Shown piece by piece: positions 19,885 to 31,806 of a stretch of 64,000 nucleotides of DNA. The DNA is from an uncultured Thermoleophilia bacterium. Lineage in GTDB: Bacteria > Actinomycetota > Thermoleophilia > UBA2241. The translations under genes and the position numbers were made by a program. Every line of letters begins with the position of its first letter. Position 1 is the stretch's first letter. The stretch covers positions 1,228 through 65,227 of the forward strand of contig CAVQXS010000004.1 of assembly GCA_963717965.1 (NCBI GenBank), written 5' to 3'. Under the pieces are notes generated by a model. It saw nothing but the letters and a program-made list of their open reading frames with translations. It was not told the DNA's origin and made no database searches.

Positions 19885-20511
19885 GTGAACATCGGCCCCG
19901 CCGAGATCATCGTCGTCCTCATCATCGCCCTGCTCGTCTTCGGGCCCAGCCGGCTGCCGCAGATGGGCCGCTCGCTGGGCAAGGGCGTGCGCGAGTTCAA
20001 GAAGGCGGCCGACACCGCCAAGACCGAGCTCGGCCTCGGCGAGGTCACCGACCAGATCAACGAGGTCAAGTCGACGTTCACCGAGCCTCTCAAGGAGGTC
20101 ACGGGCACGTTCACCGATCCCATCAAGGAGGTCAAGGGGACGTTCGGCGAGCTCAAGTCGAGCGTCGACCTCAAAGCGGCGGTCGAGGCGCCGGTGGGAG
20201 CCAAGGACGCGGCGGCCGCAGCCGCCACGGCCGGAGCCGCCGCGGGCGCCGCCCTCGCGGGCGCGGGCGCAGGCGCGTCCGGCCCGGAGGCGCCGGAGGC
20301 ACCGGCTCCGCCGGAGGCGCCGGCCGCTCCCGAAGCCCCGCCGGTCGCGGCGGAGGCGCCGGCTGTGCCGGCCGCGCCGGAGGCACCGGCTGTGCCGGAA
20401 GCACCGGCCCAAGCGGCGGCCGCGGCCGCGGACGCCGCCGCGACCGAGCCCGCGGACGACGCCGTCTCCGCCGGCGCCGGGACCGCCGCCGGACCTTCGA
20501 CCGGAGCCTGA
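19885..20511 (+). CDS. tatA: TatA/TatB family translocase subunit with a long Ala/Pro/Glu tail
   Basis: GAGGTG RBS, GTG start, NIGPAEIIVVLIIALLVFGPSRLPQMGRSLGKGVREFKK. Confidence 0.85.
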   Translation: MNIGPAEIIVVLIIALLVFGPSRLPQMGRSLGKGVREFKKAADTAKTELGLGEVTDQINEVKSTFTEPLKEVTGTFTDPIKEVKGTFGELKSSVDLKAAVEAPVGAKDAAAAAATAGAAAGAALAGAGAGASGPEAPEAPAPPEAPAAPEAPPVAAEAPAVPAAPEAPAVPEAPAQAAAAAADAAATEPADDAVSAGAGTAAGPSTGA

Positions 20512-20515
20512 CCGC

Positions 20516-21319
20516 GTGGCGCTCACCGCCGAAGACCGTCTGACGCTGCTCGAACACCTCGACGAGCTGCGCAAGCGCCTGTTCGTCGGCATCCTGGCCG
20601 TGACCATCGGCGTGCTCGTCGCGGCGATCTTCAACGGCTTCATGTTCGAGGCGCTGCTCTACCCGCTGCGCCAGGTGAGCGGCCTGCCCGAGTCGGCCAC
20701 CAAGATCACCACGTTCAGCCCCGCCGAGCCGTTCATGGTCAGCCTCAAGGTGTGGGTCGTCGGCGGGCTCATCCTCGCGGCGCCGATCCTCATCTGGCAG
20801 CTGTGGGCCTTCCTCGCCCCGGCCTTCACCGAGGGCGAGAAGCGCTACTTCTACCCGGTGGTCTTCGCCTCGTCGGCGCTCTTCTTCTGCGGCATCCTGC
20901 TCGCCTACTTCCTCGTGCTGCCCAGGGGACTCTCCTTCCTGCTCACCTTCAGCGCCGGCTACTTCAACGTGCAGCTGCGCGCCAGCGACTACTTCACCTT
21001 CATGGCGCTCTTCATCCTCGCCTTCGGCGTGGTCTTCGAGCTCCCGGTCATCCTCGTGCTGCTGGCCAAGGTCGGGGTGATCGACGACAAGTTCCTGCGC
21101 AAGAACCGCCGCTGGGCGGTGCTCGTCCTCGCCTTCGCCGCCGCCGTGATCACGCCCAGCCAGGACGCCTTCTCCATGCTGGCGATGTTCGTGCCGCTGT
21201 TCGTCCTCTACGAGGCCTCGATCATCATCGCCCGCTTCGTGCAGCCGAAAGGGGAGTCCGCCCCCGCCGTGGAAGACTCCACCGGCGGCGACGACTCCAC
21301 CAGCCGCGCGCCTGCGTGA
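20516..21319 (+). CDS. tatC: Twin-arginine translocase subunit TatC
   Basis: LLEHLDELRKRL, QLWAFLAPA, FELP, AAVITPSQD, LYEASI. Confidence 0.95.
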   Translation: MALTAEDRLTLLEHLDELRKRLFVGILAVTIGVLVAAIFNGFMFEALLYPLRQVSGLPESATKITTFSPAEPFMVSLKVWVVGGLILAAPILIWQLWAFLAPAFTEGEKRYFYPVVFASSALFFCGILLAYFLVLPRGLSFLLTFSAGYFNVQLRASDYFTFMALFILAFGVVFELPVILVLLAKVGVIDDKFLRKNRRWAVLVLAFAAAVITPSQDAFSMLAMFVPLFVLYEASIIIARFVQPKGESAPAVEDSTGGDDSTSRAPA

Positions 21320-21366
21320 ACGAGGCCGGGGGCTGCCGCGTCCCCCGTCGGGTACAATGATGAGTC

Positions 21367-23505
21367 ATGGCTGACTACACGAGATACACCGCAGGGCCCG
21401 ACGACGTCCCGCGGCACAGGCGCGAACGGCGCAAGAAGCGCGCCAAGTCCACGAGCCGCAAGTGGCTGTGGGTCAAGCTCTTCGTCGTCGCCCTGCTGCT
21501 CGCCCTCATCGCCGGACTCGCGGTCGCCGCCGGAGCCATCTACGCCCTCTCGCGTGACCTCCCGTCGCTGAGCGATCTGGAGAGAAACCCCAGAGCCGTG
21601 AACACGGTCATCTACGACCGTCACGGCAAGCTGATCGCCGAGCTGCACGGGGCCGAGAACCGCGAGCTCGTGAAGAGCGGCAAGATTCCGCAGGTCATGA
21701 AAGAGGCGACGGTCGCCGTGGAGGACGAGCGCTTCTACGAGCACCACGGCGTCGACTACCAGAGCGTCGCCCGCGCGCTCATCCTCAACCTGCGCGCCGG
21801 CGGCGTCATCCAGGGCGGTTCCACGATCACCGAGCAGTACATCAAGAACGCCTACGTGGGCAGCGATCGCACCTACAAACGCAAGATCCGCGAGGCCGTC
21901 CTCGCCTGGCAACTCGAGGACAAGTGGTCCAAGGACAAGATCCTCACGGAGTACCTCAACACCGTGCCCTACGGCGCCGGCGCCTACGGCGTCCAGGCGG
22001 CGGCGCAGACGTACTTCCACAAGCCCATCTCGCAGATCAACACCCAAGAGGCTGCGCTGCTCGCGGCGCTGCCCAAGGCGCCCAGCGCCTTCAGCCCCAC
22101 CGTCGATCCCGCGCAGGCCCTCGTGCGCCGCAACATCGTGCTGCAACTGATGGCCGACCAGGGCTACATCACGCAGGAGCGCGCCGCGCAACTCCAGCTG
22201 AGGAAGCTCAAGGTCTACAAGCACCCGCCCGCCACCAACAACAACATGGCCGACTACTTCGTCGACTACGTGACCAAGCAGCTCACCAAGCGCTACGGCT
22301 CGCGCACGGTCTGGGAGGGCGGCCTCCGGGTCTACACGAGCATCGACATGGACTGGCAGAAGGAGGCCATCAAGATCGTCAAGGGCACGACCGGGCCGCT
22401 GGACTTCGGCTTCAAGCCCTCAGCGGCCCTCGTCGCCATCGACCCGGCCAACGGCTACATCCGCACCATGGTCGGCGGCATGGACTACAAGAAGAAGAAG
22501 TTCAACCTCGCCTGGCAGGCCAGGCGCCAGGCGGGCTCGGCGATGAAGCCGTTCGTGCTGGCCACAGGCGTCGAGCAGGGGATGAACCCCGACACGACCT
22601 ACTACTCGTCCAAGAGCCCGATCGTCCTCTCCATGGGCCTGTACGCCGAGCCGTGGGTCGTCAACGGTGACGGACCCGGCGGCCTGGAGAGCGTCTCCGC
22701 CGCCACGACGATCTCGGACAACGTGGTGTTCGCCCAGCTCAGCATCGACGTCGGCCCGGAGAACACCGTCAGGACGGCGCACCGGATGGGCATCACGAGC
22801 CCGCTGGACGCGGTGGCGTCGATCACCCTCGGCACGTCCGGCGTCACGCCGCTCGAGATGGCCGACGCCTACGCGACGCTCGCCGCGGGCGGCGTCCACC
22901 ACAAGCCGCAGGCGATCGTCAAGGTCGTGATGCGCAACGGCAGCGTCGACTGGAAGCCCAAGACCACCGGCAACCGCGCCATCCCGGCCGGCGTGGCCAG
23001 CGTCGTCACGCAGTGCCTCGAGCGTGTCGCCTCCGGGGGCACCGGCTCGGCCACCGGCGCGTACTTCCCCTACCCGCGCGCCGGCAAGACCGGCACCACG
23101 GAGAACGGCTGGGACGTCTGGTACGCCGGGTACACGCCGAAGCTCGCGGCGGCGGTCTGGATGGGAGACGCCGACAAGAACTCCCCCATGGACGGGGCCT
23201 ACGGCGGCACCTACTGCGCGCCGATGTGGGCGAAGTTCTTCGCGGCGGCGCTCAAGGACCAGGAGCACCCGAGCTTCAAGGACTACCCATGGGCGTTCGG
23301 CAACTGGCACGGCAAGCTGCAGGCGATGTCACCGTCGGCCTCGCCGTCGGGCAGCCCGAGCGCCAAGCCGAGCCCGGGCCCGACCAAGACGATCACCCCG
23401 GCGCCGCAGCCCACCCAGACGCCCCAGCCGACGCCGACGACGCCCAAGCCGACGCCAACGCCGACCAAGCCGACGCCGACCAGCACGCCCAGCGGCACGC
23501 CGTAG
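21367..23505 (+). CDS. Class A penicillin-binding protein (transglycosylase/transpeptidase) with a C-terminal P/T/S/K tail
   Basis: EDERFYEHHGVD, QGGSTITEQ, RKIRE, SAMK (SxxK), SDN and KTGT; TACAAT -10 box at 21353. Confidence 0.93.
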   Translation: MADYTRYTAGPDDVPRHRRERRKKRAKSTSRKWLWVKLFVVALLLALIAGLAVAAGAIYALSRDLPSLSDLERNPRAVNTVIYDRHGKLIAELHGAENRELVKSGKIPQVMKEATVAVEDERFYEHHGVDYQSVARALILNLRAGGVIQGGSTITEQYIKNAYVGSDRTYKRKIREAVLAWQLEDKWSKDKILTEYLNTVPYGAGAYGVQAAAQTYFHKPISQINTQEAALLAALPKAPSAFSPTVDPAQALVRRNIVLQLMADQGYITQERAAQLQLRKLKVYKHPPATNNNMADYFVDYVTKQLTKRYGSRTVWEGGLRVYTSIDMDWQKEAIKIVKGTTGPLDFGFKPSAALVAIDPANGYIRTMVGGMDYKKKKFNLAWQARRQAGSAMKPFVLATGVEQGMNPDTTYYSSKSPIVLSMGLYAEPWVVNGDGPGGLESVSAATTISDNVVFAQLSIDVGPENTVRTAHRMGITSPLDAVASITLGTSGVTPLEMADAYATLAAGGVHHKPQAIVKVVMRNGSVDWKPKTTGNRAIPAGVASVVTQCLERVASGGTGSATGAYFPYPRAGKTGTTENGWDVWYAGYTPKLAAAVWMGDADKNSPMDGAYGGTYCAPMWAKFFAAALKDQEHPSFKDYPWAFGNWHGKLQAMSPSASPSGSPSAKPSPGPTKTITPAPQPTQTPQPTPTTPKPTPTPTKPTPTSTPSGTP

Positions 23506-23896
23506 CAGGTGGTCGAGTCGGTCATGCCGGGGCGGCCTCACCACCGCCGGCGTCACGGCCGCGGGCACCGGCGGCGGCGGGTCGGAGTGGCCGGCGCGCT
23601 GATTGACTCGGTCGCCGACCTCCTCTTCTTCTGACGCTCTGACGCTCGCGGGAGGCGCGGCCGACGCAGCGGCACAGCGGCTAGCGCATCCCTCGCCCCG
23701 GGCACAACTCCGGACCGCGCCGAGACTGTCCGCCAAGGCGGTCCACCCGAAGGCACGCCGCCCTGATGCGTGCTACGTCGACTTCCCTCAGCGAGGTGTT
23801 GGCTGATTCAGCTCACGGCGGAGAGGCAGCAATGCCATCCGACCGGTACGCCCTGGGCATCAGGCTGCGGCGAACGGTCGTCGCTGCCGGCGACGC

Positions 23897-25114
23897 TCAG
23901 AGTCCGGCGAAGGCGTTCCACGCGGGCTTCTTCGTCTGATCGACGTAACGAAGACCGGTATAGAAGCCCTGGTAGTCGTCCCTCTTGCCCGAGGGAGAGA
24001 AGTCGTCCAGCAGGAACCACATGAGGAGCTTCACCTGCCGGTACCTGCCGGCGTAGGCGTACGCCCGCCGCAGATAGTCCGCCTGCTTGGTCGGGCTGAC
24101 GAACTGACCGCTGAACGACGCGCAGGCGGCCGTCTGGTAGCCGTACTCCGTGAGGTAGAACGGCTTCGTCGGGAAGATCTTGAGCAGCGTCCCGAGATTC
24201 TGCAGGGTCACGGTGGTCGTGGGGTCTCGCGGCGCCGCCTCGGGCCAGTTCTTGCTCGATGCGCCGGGAGTGTACGGGTGGTGGGAGTACGCGTCGAAGA
24301 GCCAACTGACACCGTGGGCCTTGATCTGGCGCGCGAAGCGCTGCGGCGACGTCATCGTCCGGCGGCTGGCCAAGGGGGCCGACGCCGCATAGCCCCGAGG
24401 CGACGTGCCGCCTGCGAGGCGTTTGGCGAGCGGGTCGCCCGCACGCGTGCCCGCCGAGAACCTGCGCAGCATCTTGATGTAGACGTGAGCACCGAAGTCC
24501 TTGTCGCCGGCCGTGCTCTGCGGATAGAGCGTGAGGTGCAGGTTCGGCTCGTTCCAGGCCTCGAAGCCCCAGACCTGGAGCCGAGACGCCATCTGGCGGC
24601 AGAACTCCTGGAAAGCGTCCAGCGTCGTCTTATCCGTCTTCATGGCGTAGCGGACGTTGTATCCCTTCTTCGGGAACGGGTTCTTGTACCAGAAGGCCGA
24701 ATTCGACGCCCACCGCGGCACATACGCATACGTGACGATGACCTTCAGCCCATTGGTCTTCGCCAGTGCGACCGCCTGGTCGACGCCCGCCAGGTACGCC
24801 TCGTCATAGACACCGCGCGTCGGCTCGGCCGCGGCCCATGAAACCACGAAGCGCACGTACGACGCCCCCAGCTGCGGCCCGATCTGATCGAGCGCCTCCC
24901 CCTGCACCGCAGCATTCATCCTTGCCCCGGGCTGGGTGAGCGTGGGATCGGCGATACCCTTTGCCACGGCGGCGCCGGCGACCCTCGGCACGGCACCCAC
25001 GACGACAAGCGTCAGGAGGAGGACCGAAACGGCAAGGGACGCGCGCCAAAAGCGCGCACCTGAGCATGCGTGAACCATGTCCTGAACATAGCGGAGGCGT
25101 CGCGAAGCCGTCAA
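23897..25114 (-). CDS. Secreted clan GH-A glycoside hydrolase (GH5/GH39-like)
   Basis: Signal peptide, WNEPN acid/base motif, SHHPY, LTEYGY nucleophile motif; the start may be ATG 25078. Confidence 0.75.
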   Translation of the reverse strand: MTASRRLRYVQDMVHACSGARFWRASLAVSVLLLTLVVVGAVPRVAGAAVAKGIADPTLTQPGARMNAAVQGEALDQIGPQLGASYVRFVVSWAAAEPTRGVYDEAYLAGVDQAVALAKTNGLKVIVTYAYVPRWASNSAFWYKNPFPKKGYNVRYAMKTDKTTLDAFQEFCRQMASRLQVWGFEAWNEPNLHLTLYPQSTAGDKDFGAHVYIKMLRRFSAGTRAGDPLAKRLAGGTSPRGYAASAPLASRRTMTSPQRFARQIKAHGVSWLFDAYSHHPYTPGASSKNWPEAAPRDPTTTVTLQNLGTLLKIFPTKPFYLTEYGYQTAACASFSGQFVSPTKQADYLRRAYAYAGRYRQVKLLMWFLLDDFSPSGKRDDYQGFYTGLRYVDQTKKPAWNAFAGL

Positions 25115-25294
25115 CCCGGGCGAGGAGCCGTCGGGAGGCCGAGAGCATCGGCCATGGAAGAGCCGGGCACTGCCTGGCCAGAGCGGATCTTCGGCATCCC
25201 TCGTGAACGCACCTCAAGGCCACCCGGTGGTCCCATCGCATATAATGACGCCCGTCAGGATTGCCCAAGAGACATGTGGCGGAGGGGGTCCGCG

Positions 25295-26767
25295 ATGCGC
25301 CAGGGGTCGGCGGTTCGCGAGGTGGTGCTGGATCGGGACGTTCGTGCGCCCGAGATGCTGTCTGCATCCACCGCCTCGCCGGGCTACCTCGTCAGGCGAT
25401 ACGCCAGTATCACCAGCCTGATGGTCATCGACATCGTGGCTCTGCTCGCGGCGACTGTGCTGGTGGACTACGTCGCCGTGCTTCTCCGCTCGCCCCGCGC
25501 CGACGTCTCCCCGGCCCTTCTTGCCGCCACCGCCGTGGCGCTCCTGACGATCCTTGCATTCAACGGCCTCTATAGGCTGCGTGAGGCGCGCCGCCTGCCC
25601 CGGCGCCGACGGCGCGCCGCCGTGTGGTTCGTCTGCCTGATGCTTCTCGCGACCGTGGTCGGCTTGGGGTCACCGGTCCACACCCCGGCGGTAGCCCTGC
25701 TCACCATCGCGTTGCTCGCTGCGGGGCGCGAGCTCTTCGACTTCGGCCTGCGCCTGTTGTTCGGTCTCAACCCCGACAGCCGCCGCACCATCCTTGTGGG
25801 CTCGGGGAAGGCTTGCGACGCGTACGCCGGCCAGAGGTGGCTGACGGCGCGTTACGGCCGCTCCAACGTGCTGGGCCTCGTAGGCGAAGTGCAGCCCTCG
25901 TTGGATTCCCCGGAAAGAGGCCTCCAGCCTCTGGGCGTCCTGCGTGATATCGACGGGATCGTGGATCTGTGGCGCCCGGACGAACTCGTTGTGGTCGATG
26001 AAGGCGTGGAGAAGGCCCATCTCGGCGATCTCGCCGACCTCTGCCGGCGCCGCAGGATGACTCTGAAGCTCATGGATCTCGAGATGCGGTTCGACGCCTC
26101 AGGCGTCTGCATGATCCCGAACCTCGATCAGGTGCTGTTCGTGGCCGCCTCGTCGAGGCCGAGCGGGGCGGCATGGGCGATCAAACGATGCACCGATGTC
26201 GTCGTCGCGGCGACGATCCTCGTTCTCGCCGCACCGCTGCTGGCCGCGATCGCGCTGGCCGTCAAGCTCACGTCGACCGGGCCGGTGTTCTACTCCGCGA
26301 AACGCGTCGGGCTGGGACAGCGCACGTTCATCTGCCACAAGTTCCGCACCATGTGTGCGGATGCCGAGCAGCGGCAGGCGGAGATGGAGGCCTTCAACGA
26401 GGCCGACGGCGCGATCTTCAAGATGCGCGACGATCCGCGCATCACGAGGATCGGTCGGTGGCTGCGTGCGACCAGCCTCGACGAACTGCCACAGCTGGTC
26501 AACGTATTGTGCGGAGACATGAGCATCATCGGCCCGCGGCCACTCCCCCTGCGCGACAACCAGGGGCTGGAGTCGTGGCACAAGCGACGCCATGTGGTCC
26601 TGCCCGGGTTGACCGGCCTCTGGCAGGTCAGCGGACGCAGCGACACGACGTTTGAGGAGATGATCCGTCTGGACCTCGACTACGTGGACACGTGGTCGCT
26701 CTGGCTGGACGTTTCGATAGCGTGGCGTACCCTGAAGACAGTACTGGGCGGCCGCGGCGCCCGCTAG
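25295..26767 (+). CDS. Polyprenyl-phosphate sugar-1-phosphate transferase (WcaJ/WsaP-like initiating GT)
   Basis: [41 protein letters not shown]; TATAAT at 25241 and GGAGG RBS. Confidence 0.9.
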   Translation: MRQGSAVREVVLDRDVRAPEMLSASTASPGYLVRRYASITSLMVIDIVALLAATVLVDYVAVLLRSPRADVSPALLAATAVALLTILAFNGLYRLREARRLPRRRRRAAVWFVCLMLLATVVGLGSPVHTPAVALLTIALLAAGRELFDFGLRLLFGLNPDSRRTILVGSGKACDAYAGQRWLTARYGRSNVLGLVGEVQPSLDSPERGLQPLGVLRDIDGIVDLWRPDELVVVDEGVEKAHLGDLADLCRRRRMTLKLMDLEMRFDASGVCMIPNLDQVLFVAASSRPSGAAWAIKRCTDVVVAATILVLAAPLLAAIALAVKLTSTGPVFYSAKRVGLGQRTFICHKFRTMCADAEQRQAEMEAFNEADGAIFKMRDDPRITRIGRWLRATSLDELPQLVNVLCGDMSIIGPRPLPLRDNQGLESWHKRRHVVLPGLTGLWQVSGRSDTTFEEMIRLDLDYVDTWSLWLDVSIAWRTLKTVLGGRGAR

Positions 26768-26810
26768 GCCCGCGTCACGCGCGAATCATCGGCAAGATCG
26801 GGGGGCTGGA

Positions 26811-27871
<1,061 letters not shown>

Positions 27872-27884
<13 letters not shown>

Positions 27885-28831
27885 ACGTCATCGTCGTGAC
27901 GTTCAACAGCGCCGGGAGCGTCGAGGCGGCAATCGCCTCCGTGCTCTCCTCCTCGATGCTCACGAGGGTCGTCATCGTGGACAACGCGTCGCGCGACTCT
28001 TCGGCAACGACGGCTCGGAACGCGGGCGCACATGTAGTCCTCGAGAATGATCAGAACCGAGGATTCGCCCGCGCCGTGAACCAAGGTTTGGACAAGTGCT
28101 CATCCGACTGCGTGCTACTGCTCAACCCCGACGCTACGCTGACCGAAGCCAGCCTGGCCCGGATGCTCTTCACACTCCGCTCCGAAGCGGGCGCCGCTAT
28201 CGTGGCGCCTCTCCTGCAAGACGCAGCCGGCAACACCGAATCGGGCGCAGGGCGTTTCGCTACCCTGACCAGGCGAGTGGGATCGTGCCTGCCTGTCGTG
28301 GGCCGGGCCCCATACTTCAAGCCACAGTACAGCCTATCGGCGACGACACTCTCAACGGGGCGCCCGGTCGATGTCGACTACGCCTTCGGAGCGGCGCTGC
28401 TCCTCAAGCGCTCCTTCCTCCAGAGGACCGGAGGCTTGGATGAACGCTACTTCCTCTTCGCTGAGGACGAGGACATCTGCCGTCAAGCGCACGCATACGG
28501 TCACCGTGTGGTGCTCGACACCCGCGCCGTCGCGGGCCACATCGGTGGTGCGAGCTACAGTGACTCGGCTCGGATCAGCGCCCAGCGCCTCTTCTCGACC
28601 TATCGCCTGTTCGGCAAGTGGCGGGGCATGAGGGCGGCGAAGGCGTACCACCGAGGAATCGTGACCGCCTTCTGGCTGCGCGTGCAGGCAGCGCGAGCCC
28701 AGGGGTGTCCGGACGAGGCGGCGGCTGTTGAGCGCGCGAGTCTGTTGTTCGACGTCGCTGTCAGGTCCGACGTCGATCCCCTGTTGGCCGAGGCCGAGGC
28801 GGAGACCGCGCGTGCGAAAAGGCTCATCTAG
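27872..28831 (+). CDS. GT2 glycosyltransferase (rhamnosyltransferase-like)
   Basis: [33 protein letters not shown]. Confidence 0.85.
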
Positions 28832-28973
28832 TGTGCGCACGACGCCGGCCAGGCTGTCCACTATCCTCCTCTGGAATGGCTGCGATCCAGGCTGGTAGAC
28901 TGCGGCGGCGGATAGGGCAAGAGTTTGCGCCTCAGCCAGACTCACTCGATCCTGCCGCCCAGTCCCGATATCG

Positions 28974-30392
28974 ATGGGGAGCTCCGGTTTGACCACAACG
29001 GCACATGTCGACGAGAGCGCACGCGGCTGGCAGGTCATCTACAACCGCGTTCGCAGCCGCTGGAACATCCCGAACATCTACCTCGTAGTCGCCCTCGTTT
29101 GGGGCATCATGCTCGTCTTTCTCGTGCCGCCATTCCAGAACTTCGACGAGGCGGCGCACTTCTACAGGGTCTGGTCGTTCGCCGAGGGGAGCTGGAGTCT
29201 CGACACAAGCGGCAAAGCCATGCTTCCCAAGGGCGTGGCGGACCTCGAACGCCTCTTCCCGATCGTGCCTTTGGCAACAGGGCAAGCCAAGATGTCACCC
29301 CGCGATGCTGCAGGCCAGCTTTCCGCGCCGATCGGGGCCGACAAGGCATCCTCCACATCGTTTTCCGCGACGTATGGCCCGATAGGCTATGCGCCTCAGA
29401 TCGTGGGAGCCCTAGCCGTCCGCCTCGTCGGCCGCTCGCCGCTTTTGTCCCTCTACCTGGGCCGCCTGCTTAGTCTCGTGTGCGCCGCAGTACTCACGTT
29501 CTTCGCTCTGCGGCTCGTGCCGTACGGCAAGGCTGCGCTCTTCCTTCTCGCCCTTCTGCCCATGACCATGCTGCAAATGGCGAGCCTCAGCCCCGACGCC
29601 CTCACCGTGGCAGGCACTCTGTTCTTCGCGGCGCTCATACTGCACTTGACCTCCAGGGCTTGCCTCACGACGTGGGACTCGATCGCAGTGGTCGTTTCGG
29701 GCGTCCTTCTCCTCAACGCCAAGCCGGGGTATGCGGTCATCGCCCTGCTTGCCGTGGCGCTCAGGCCCGGTCAGTTCAGGAGTGCACTCCACTACGTGAT
29801 CACGGTGGGGGCCACCGTCGTCGGGTCGCTCTCTCTCGCTGTGGTCCTGATCTCGACAGCGCCGCAATCGCAGGTAGTGCTTGATCTGATGCTTGGAAGA
29901 GGGAACGGTGTGAACGCCGGCCGACAGATCAGCTTCGTCATCCGCCATCCGCTGTCGTTCCTGGCCGCAATCAAGGAAACCCTGGACACTCAAGGTCTCT
30001 TTCTCGCCAAGCTGATCGTGGGCGCGTTCGCGTGGGGCAACCTTCCGATCACTGACACAGTCGCACTTATCGCCGTTGCAGCGTTCGCTGCGATCATCTG
30101 CAGCCGCGGATCTGTCCGGCTCGAATGGTGGATACGCGGTCTGTTTCTCAGTGTAGGCGCGCTGGTCGCCTTGGTGACCTTTGCGGCCCTCTATGTGGGA
30201 TTCTCGGCGGTGGGCGCGCCTTCGGTGAACGGTCTGCAGGGTCGGTACTTTGTGCCGAGCCTTGCGCTCGTCATACTCGGCACCGCAGGGTTCCCTTACG
30301 GCAAGCGTTGGCTGACTCCCCTCGTCGTGGGCGTGCTTCTTCTCCTGCTCATTGCCTCGACGATCAACACTCTCGTCCAGTATTACTACTGA
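28974..30392 (+). CDS. DUF2142-like polytopic membrane protein (putative GT-C)
   Basis: PPFQNFDEAAHF, Y.PIGYAPQ, GLQGRYFVP; many TM segments. Confidence 0.7.
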   Translation: MGSSGLTTTAHVDESARGWQVIYNRVRSRWNIPNIYLVVALVWGIMLVFLVPPFQNFDEAAHFYRVWSFAEGSWSLDTSGKAMLPKGVADLERLFPIVPLATGQAKMSPRDAAGQLSAPIGADKASSTSFSATYGPIGYAPQIVGALAVRLVGRSPLLSLYLGRLLSLVCAAVLTFFALRLVPYGKAALFLLALLPMTMLQMASLSPDALTVAGTLFFAALILHLTSRACLTTWDSIAVVVSGVLLLNAKPGYAVIALLAVALRPGQFRSALHYVITVGATVVGSLSLAVVLISTAPQSQVVLDLMLGRGNGVNAGRQISFVIRHPLSFLAAIKETLDTQGLFLAKLIVGAFAWGNLPITDTVALIAVAAFAAIICSRGSVRLEWWIRGLFLSVGALVALVTFAALYVGFSAVGAPSVNGLQGRYFVPSLALVILGTAGFPYGKRWLTPLVVGVLLLLLIASTINTLVQYYY

Positions 30393-30467
30393 GCCCATGA
30401 CAATGACCATTCCAGGACGACAGCAGGGACGGCGGGCATCCATGCAGGCCTATGTCGGCGAGGACTC

Positions 30468-31806
30468 ATGAGTGCCGCCATCGCTCTGTTGAGGGCATTC
30501 GTCAACTCGCCGCGGGCCTTCATCGCGAAGGCGCGAGAGGTCGCCCAGCGGATGGAGCGTGGGGAGAGCTCCCTGGACGCGAGTGCTGGCCCTTGTCCCG
30601 TCCGCGACGACCTTCCGGGTCTTCAGTGGCGAAACGCCCGGGTGCTGGGGGGCGAGGCCACCCTTGACGTGATGGTGCCCGGGCTGCAGATGAAGCACCT
30701 CTCGGGTGGCCCGAACACCGCGCTCAATCTGACCTACCGACTGGCGGCGGCCGGGGTCCCTGTGCGCTTCGTGTCGACAGACCTTCCGCCAGATGGCGAA
30801 GAGGTGCTCCTGAGGCACTGTGCAGAGCTGACCAGGATCACGCAGCGGCCTGCGCATGTCAGCGTGGCCTCCATGCATGACCGGAGCAGAGTCCGCCCAT
30901 GTCGGTCGCTCGGACATGCTCCTGGCCACCGCCTGGTGGACGGCGCAATACTCGGCCCGTCTTCTGGACGACATTGATGCTGACGAGTTCATCTACATGA
31001 TCCAGGACTTCGAGCCGGGGTTCTACAAGTGGTCTACCGAGTACGCCTTGGCGATGGAGACCTACAACATGCGGATCCGCCCCGTGATCTGCGGAGAGCT
31101 CCTCGCAGAGTACCTTGCCGAGGCCAGGCTCGGCCGATTCGCCGACAAGGGGTTCGCGGAGTCGTCTCTGGTGTTCGAGCCGGCCATCGACCGGTCGCGA
31201 TTCCATCCAGCTGCCCGACGTGACCCGGATGGCCCGCATCGTCTGCTCTTCTACGCTCGTCCCGAAGCGCCACGGAACCTGTTCGAGATGGGCCTGCTGG
31301 CACTACGAGAGGTGGTCGATCGAGGCGCGGTCGCCGCAGCGGAATGGGACCTTTGGTTCATCGGGGGAGCCGTCCCGCCGCGTGATCTGGGGCGCGGCGT
31401 CGTCATCAGACAACACCCATGGCTTGACTACGACCGCTACGCGGCGCTTCTGCGGTCCTGCGATGTCGGCGTGTCGCTCATGCTCTCCCCGCACACCAGC
31501 TACCCCCCGCTGGAGATGGCGGCCTGCGGCGCCTCAGTGGTGACCAACACCTTTGCCAACAAGACGGCAGAGAGGTTGCGCAGCTACTCGCAGAACCTGC
31601 TGCCCGTCGAACCGACGGTCAGGTCGATCGCGGACGGGATAGCCGAAGCTGTGGCGCGGACGGCGGACGTCGCCGCACGCGAGCAGGGGAGCAACGTCAA
31701 GGTGCCCGCGACCTGGGAAGACTCCTTCAAACCCGTCATCCCGCACCTGGTGAACGTGTGGGAGACGCATGTCGGGCGGGCGGGCGCAGTCGGCACACCA
31801 CGGTGA
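30468..31806 (+). CDS. WsaF-like rhamnosyltransferase (GT4 fold); frameshift near 30880
   Basis: SGGPNTAL in the first frame; ATAWWTA, YMIQDFEPGFY, FYARP, SPHTSYPPLEMAACG in the second. Confidence 0.8.

Noticed and set aside
20280-20410. PEAPA repeats in the TatA/B tail (and PTPTK repeats in the PBP tail at ~23400-23500) as novel elements
   Set aside because: Ordinary low-complexity tails of these families.
19885-21319. Tat system dedicated to the nuo operon
   Set aside because: No twin-arginine signal is seen on any nuo-operon product; the adjacency is probably incidental.
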